The translations under genes were made by a program, and so were the position numbers. Under the pieces are notes generated by a model. That model did no database searches. It was not told the DNA's origin and saw nothing but the letters and a program-made list of their open reading frames with translations. 64,000 nucleotides of DNA, from NCBI RefSeq assembly GCF_001447785.1, contig NW_015170278.1, forward strand, positions 1,851,144-1,915,143. Reading direction: 5' to 3'. This stretch comes from Gekko japonicus (Eukaryota). Below are positions 61,760-64,000 of this stretch, in pieces (within the stretch, counting starts at the first letter, position 1; the number at the start of each line of letters is the position of its first letter).

Positions 61760-62660
61760 CAGCGTTGATACAGCTGATCTGGTGACCTGGATCCACACAA
61801 CAGTAACGTTGAGACTAGACTACTGTAATGCACTATGCATTAATCTCCCCATAAAATCAATTTGGAAACTCCAATCGGTGCAGAACATTGTGGCTTGGCT
61901 ATTATCACGAGCTAGAAAAAGCACATATATTACTCCCATTCTACAGTTACCCCACTGGCTGCCCATCAGTTACCAGGCTCAATTTAAGACATTGGTTATC
62001 ACATACAAAGCCCTTCAAGGCCTTTTTGTTGTTGTTGTTGTTCAGTCGCACAGTCGAGTCCAACTCTTTGTGACCCCATGGACCCCATAGACCAGGGGTG
62101 TCAAACATGCAGTCTGCTGCTGCTGCTGCATCATAGCTTGCTTTGCCAGACTCTCCTAATCACTCAGCCATTTCATGTTTTAACCTGGGTCCAAGACTCA
62201 GAACTCTGAGCATGGGATTTCTGTGGTGAATGTCAATAAATCAAAAGTACATTTGCAGCATACAGAGCTAATGTTTTAAGCATGTTTTTATTTTTAAAAA
62301 AATCTTTGTGTTTGTGTCCTTTATTAAGTTTATTTCTCTGCTACCTGGCATTACATTTTATGACAGAAATGGCCCGGCCTAACAAGGTCTAATTTATGTC
62401 AGGTCCGGCCCTCATAACAAAGGAGTTCGACACCCCTGCCATAGACCATGGACCTCATAACTGTGAGACTGCCTTTCCCCCCTATGCACCGCCACAAGAG
62501 CATCACTCAACCTGCAAATGGGCAAAATCAACAATGGCTCATACTCATGCCTTTTCCATTGTGGATCCCCCTTTGTGGCATGGCCTGCCTGAGGAGGCCA
62601 TTCTCCTGGCTTTTTACAAAGTATGCAACACTGGATTTTTCAAGATGACTTTTCTACGCA
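61760..62660 (+). mobile_element. Degraded L2 ORF2 fragment interrupted by a BovB/RTE tail (~62028-62083, minus) and a hAT MITE
   Basis: RLDYCNAL...KLQSVQN...ITPILQLPHWLPI and, after the inserts, HAFSIVDPPLWHGLPEE. The stretch gttgttgttcagtcgcacagtcgagtccaactctttgtgaccccatggac is BovB-like. Confidence 0.75.
62093..62438. mobile_element. hAT (Charlie-like) MITE
   Basis: TIRs CAGGGGTGTCAAAC / GTTCGACACCCCTG and perfect 8-bp TSD CCATAGAC. Confidence 0.88.
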
Positions 62661-64000
62661 GGCAATAGAGTTACACTGTACTAAATGATTCACAAAGTTA
62701 CTTGGGTAAATTATTAGGGACTGTGGTCTATTCTATTGTGTTTAGCTTGCTGAAACTAGGTTCCTACCATGTAATTTTTGCTTCATTTAGTGTGTCATGT
62801 TAATACTTATGCTTTGCATCTGTTCTGTTTTTAGATTTCTGATTGGTTCTGCTACCCTAATCCTGTTGTATTGAATGTCCTGTTTTGTTGATTATATTGA
62901 CTCACTCTGTGTAATCTGCCTTTAGTCCAAGTAAGAAAGGCAGGCAATAAATAAATGAATGAATAAATAAATAAAATAAAATAAAATAAAAAGGACTGCT
63001 GCAGAACTCCTCCTGTAACTGAAGCATACTGTTCCGAAAGAAGCCCCAGCATGTCTTGTTATGGCTCTCTTTATTTGGGAAGCCTTCTGCTTCTTTTCTG
63101 AACATTCCTCCTATCCTCCTCAAGCTTTCTCTCTTCCTTCCCACCCAGCCAATCCAGAACCTTACTTCAGACATTCCCTCCTCCCTCCAGACCTGCTTAT
63201 AACCAACTTTTGACTCTTATTTTTCCCAGTCCTATAACAACAGCCTTTGAACTTATACGCAGCTTGACGTCTGCTTTGTTCCCTAGGTCCTGACTCTCTA
63301 GTTACAGTCTGCACAATATGGATAAATATTGTCTGGATGCTAGGACTGATTGGGGTACATCTATTTTGGTGCTATAGATATTTGAGTATTACTCTGACTA
63401 CTTGCTTGTGCTTTAGATCCTCTTAGTAAACTTTCTCTGATTTTTATGCCAAATCTCTTGTCTTCATCTCAACCTTGCACTGGAGCCTCTTTACTTTCTT
63501 AAAAGATCCCTAACATAAAAGTGTGGAGGTCTGGAGTTCTGAGTCCAGAGTGTGGCACTAACTCTGTCTGGCTGGCTGTTAAAACGTAAGTCGGGATATC
63601 CTTACAGGATAGGAAGGGAGAGACAGCAGAGAAGAGGTTTCACTCCCATGATTGGCTATTTTGTGTGACTCTGAGATCAGTATATAAATATATACGTGTA
63701 CAAGCTATCCTTGGAAACACCACCCTCCCTTGCAGGTACAAGCAAGCACTTAGGTAGATAACCAGGCAACACCACTTCTCTAGGTTCATCCAGCCATATG
63801 CCTCCTACTCTGACAAATGTTTTGTTGCTCCATTAAGTGATCAAAATAGCACTCTCCCTTCTAAGACTTGCGCCACCTGCTCTGGCTCTAGCTCCTTTAG
63901 CTGTGCTTTCCACAAGGGAAGGAGGAGAGTGCTACCACTGGCTTGCACTGATTTCAGGTGACTTTCTCTTGCAGCAGGTAATGTGTAAATTGGCACACGC

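Larger units (their letters stand above)
29365..64000 (+). other. Intron 1 of the semaphorin gene (extends past the window end)
   Basis: GT donor at 29365. No Sema-domain exon-2-like sequence recognised downstream, although a gap at 35479-36012 is unreadable. Confidence 0.6.

Noticed and set aside
1-64000. CRISPR array or prokaryotic system
   Set aside because: Sequence is vertebrate, and no regularly spaced repeat-spacer array was seen.

Overview
Vertebrate genomic DNA, almost certainly a squamate and probably a gecko. This is inferred from the repeat content: Squam3-type, Sauria and 5S-derived SINEs, CR1, L2 and Penelope pieces. Four N-gaps point to a draft assembly. The only host gene I can support is the promoter and first coding exon of a class-3 semaphorin, best match SEMA3G (+ strand, TATA 28992, ATG 29241, GT donor 29365). 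I found no exon 2, so everything downstream (>34 kb) is probably intron 1. The rest is dense with mobile DNA: a multiply deleted Gypsy element, two solo LTRs, many hAT- and Harbinger-like MITEs, SINEs and LINE fragments. Top finding: a ~4.3 kb insertion (55249-59564) that splits a Squam3 SINE. It has long modular terminal inverted repeats and an ~11-13 bp degenerate target duplication. Its interior keeps frameshifted motifs that read like a KDZ/Zisupton-class transposase (GW..H..VYG.K, then TERRL..DRFH), a PHD finger and a possible USP-like protease box. Second: three ORF1-only, polyadenylated 'half-L1' copies from two subfamilies that share a GAAAPK + basic tail. Family names come from motif recall, not database searches, and many repeat boundaries are approximate.
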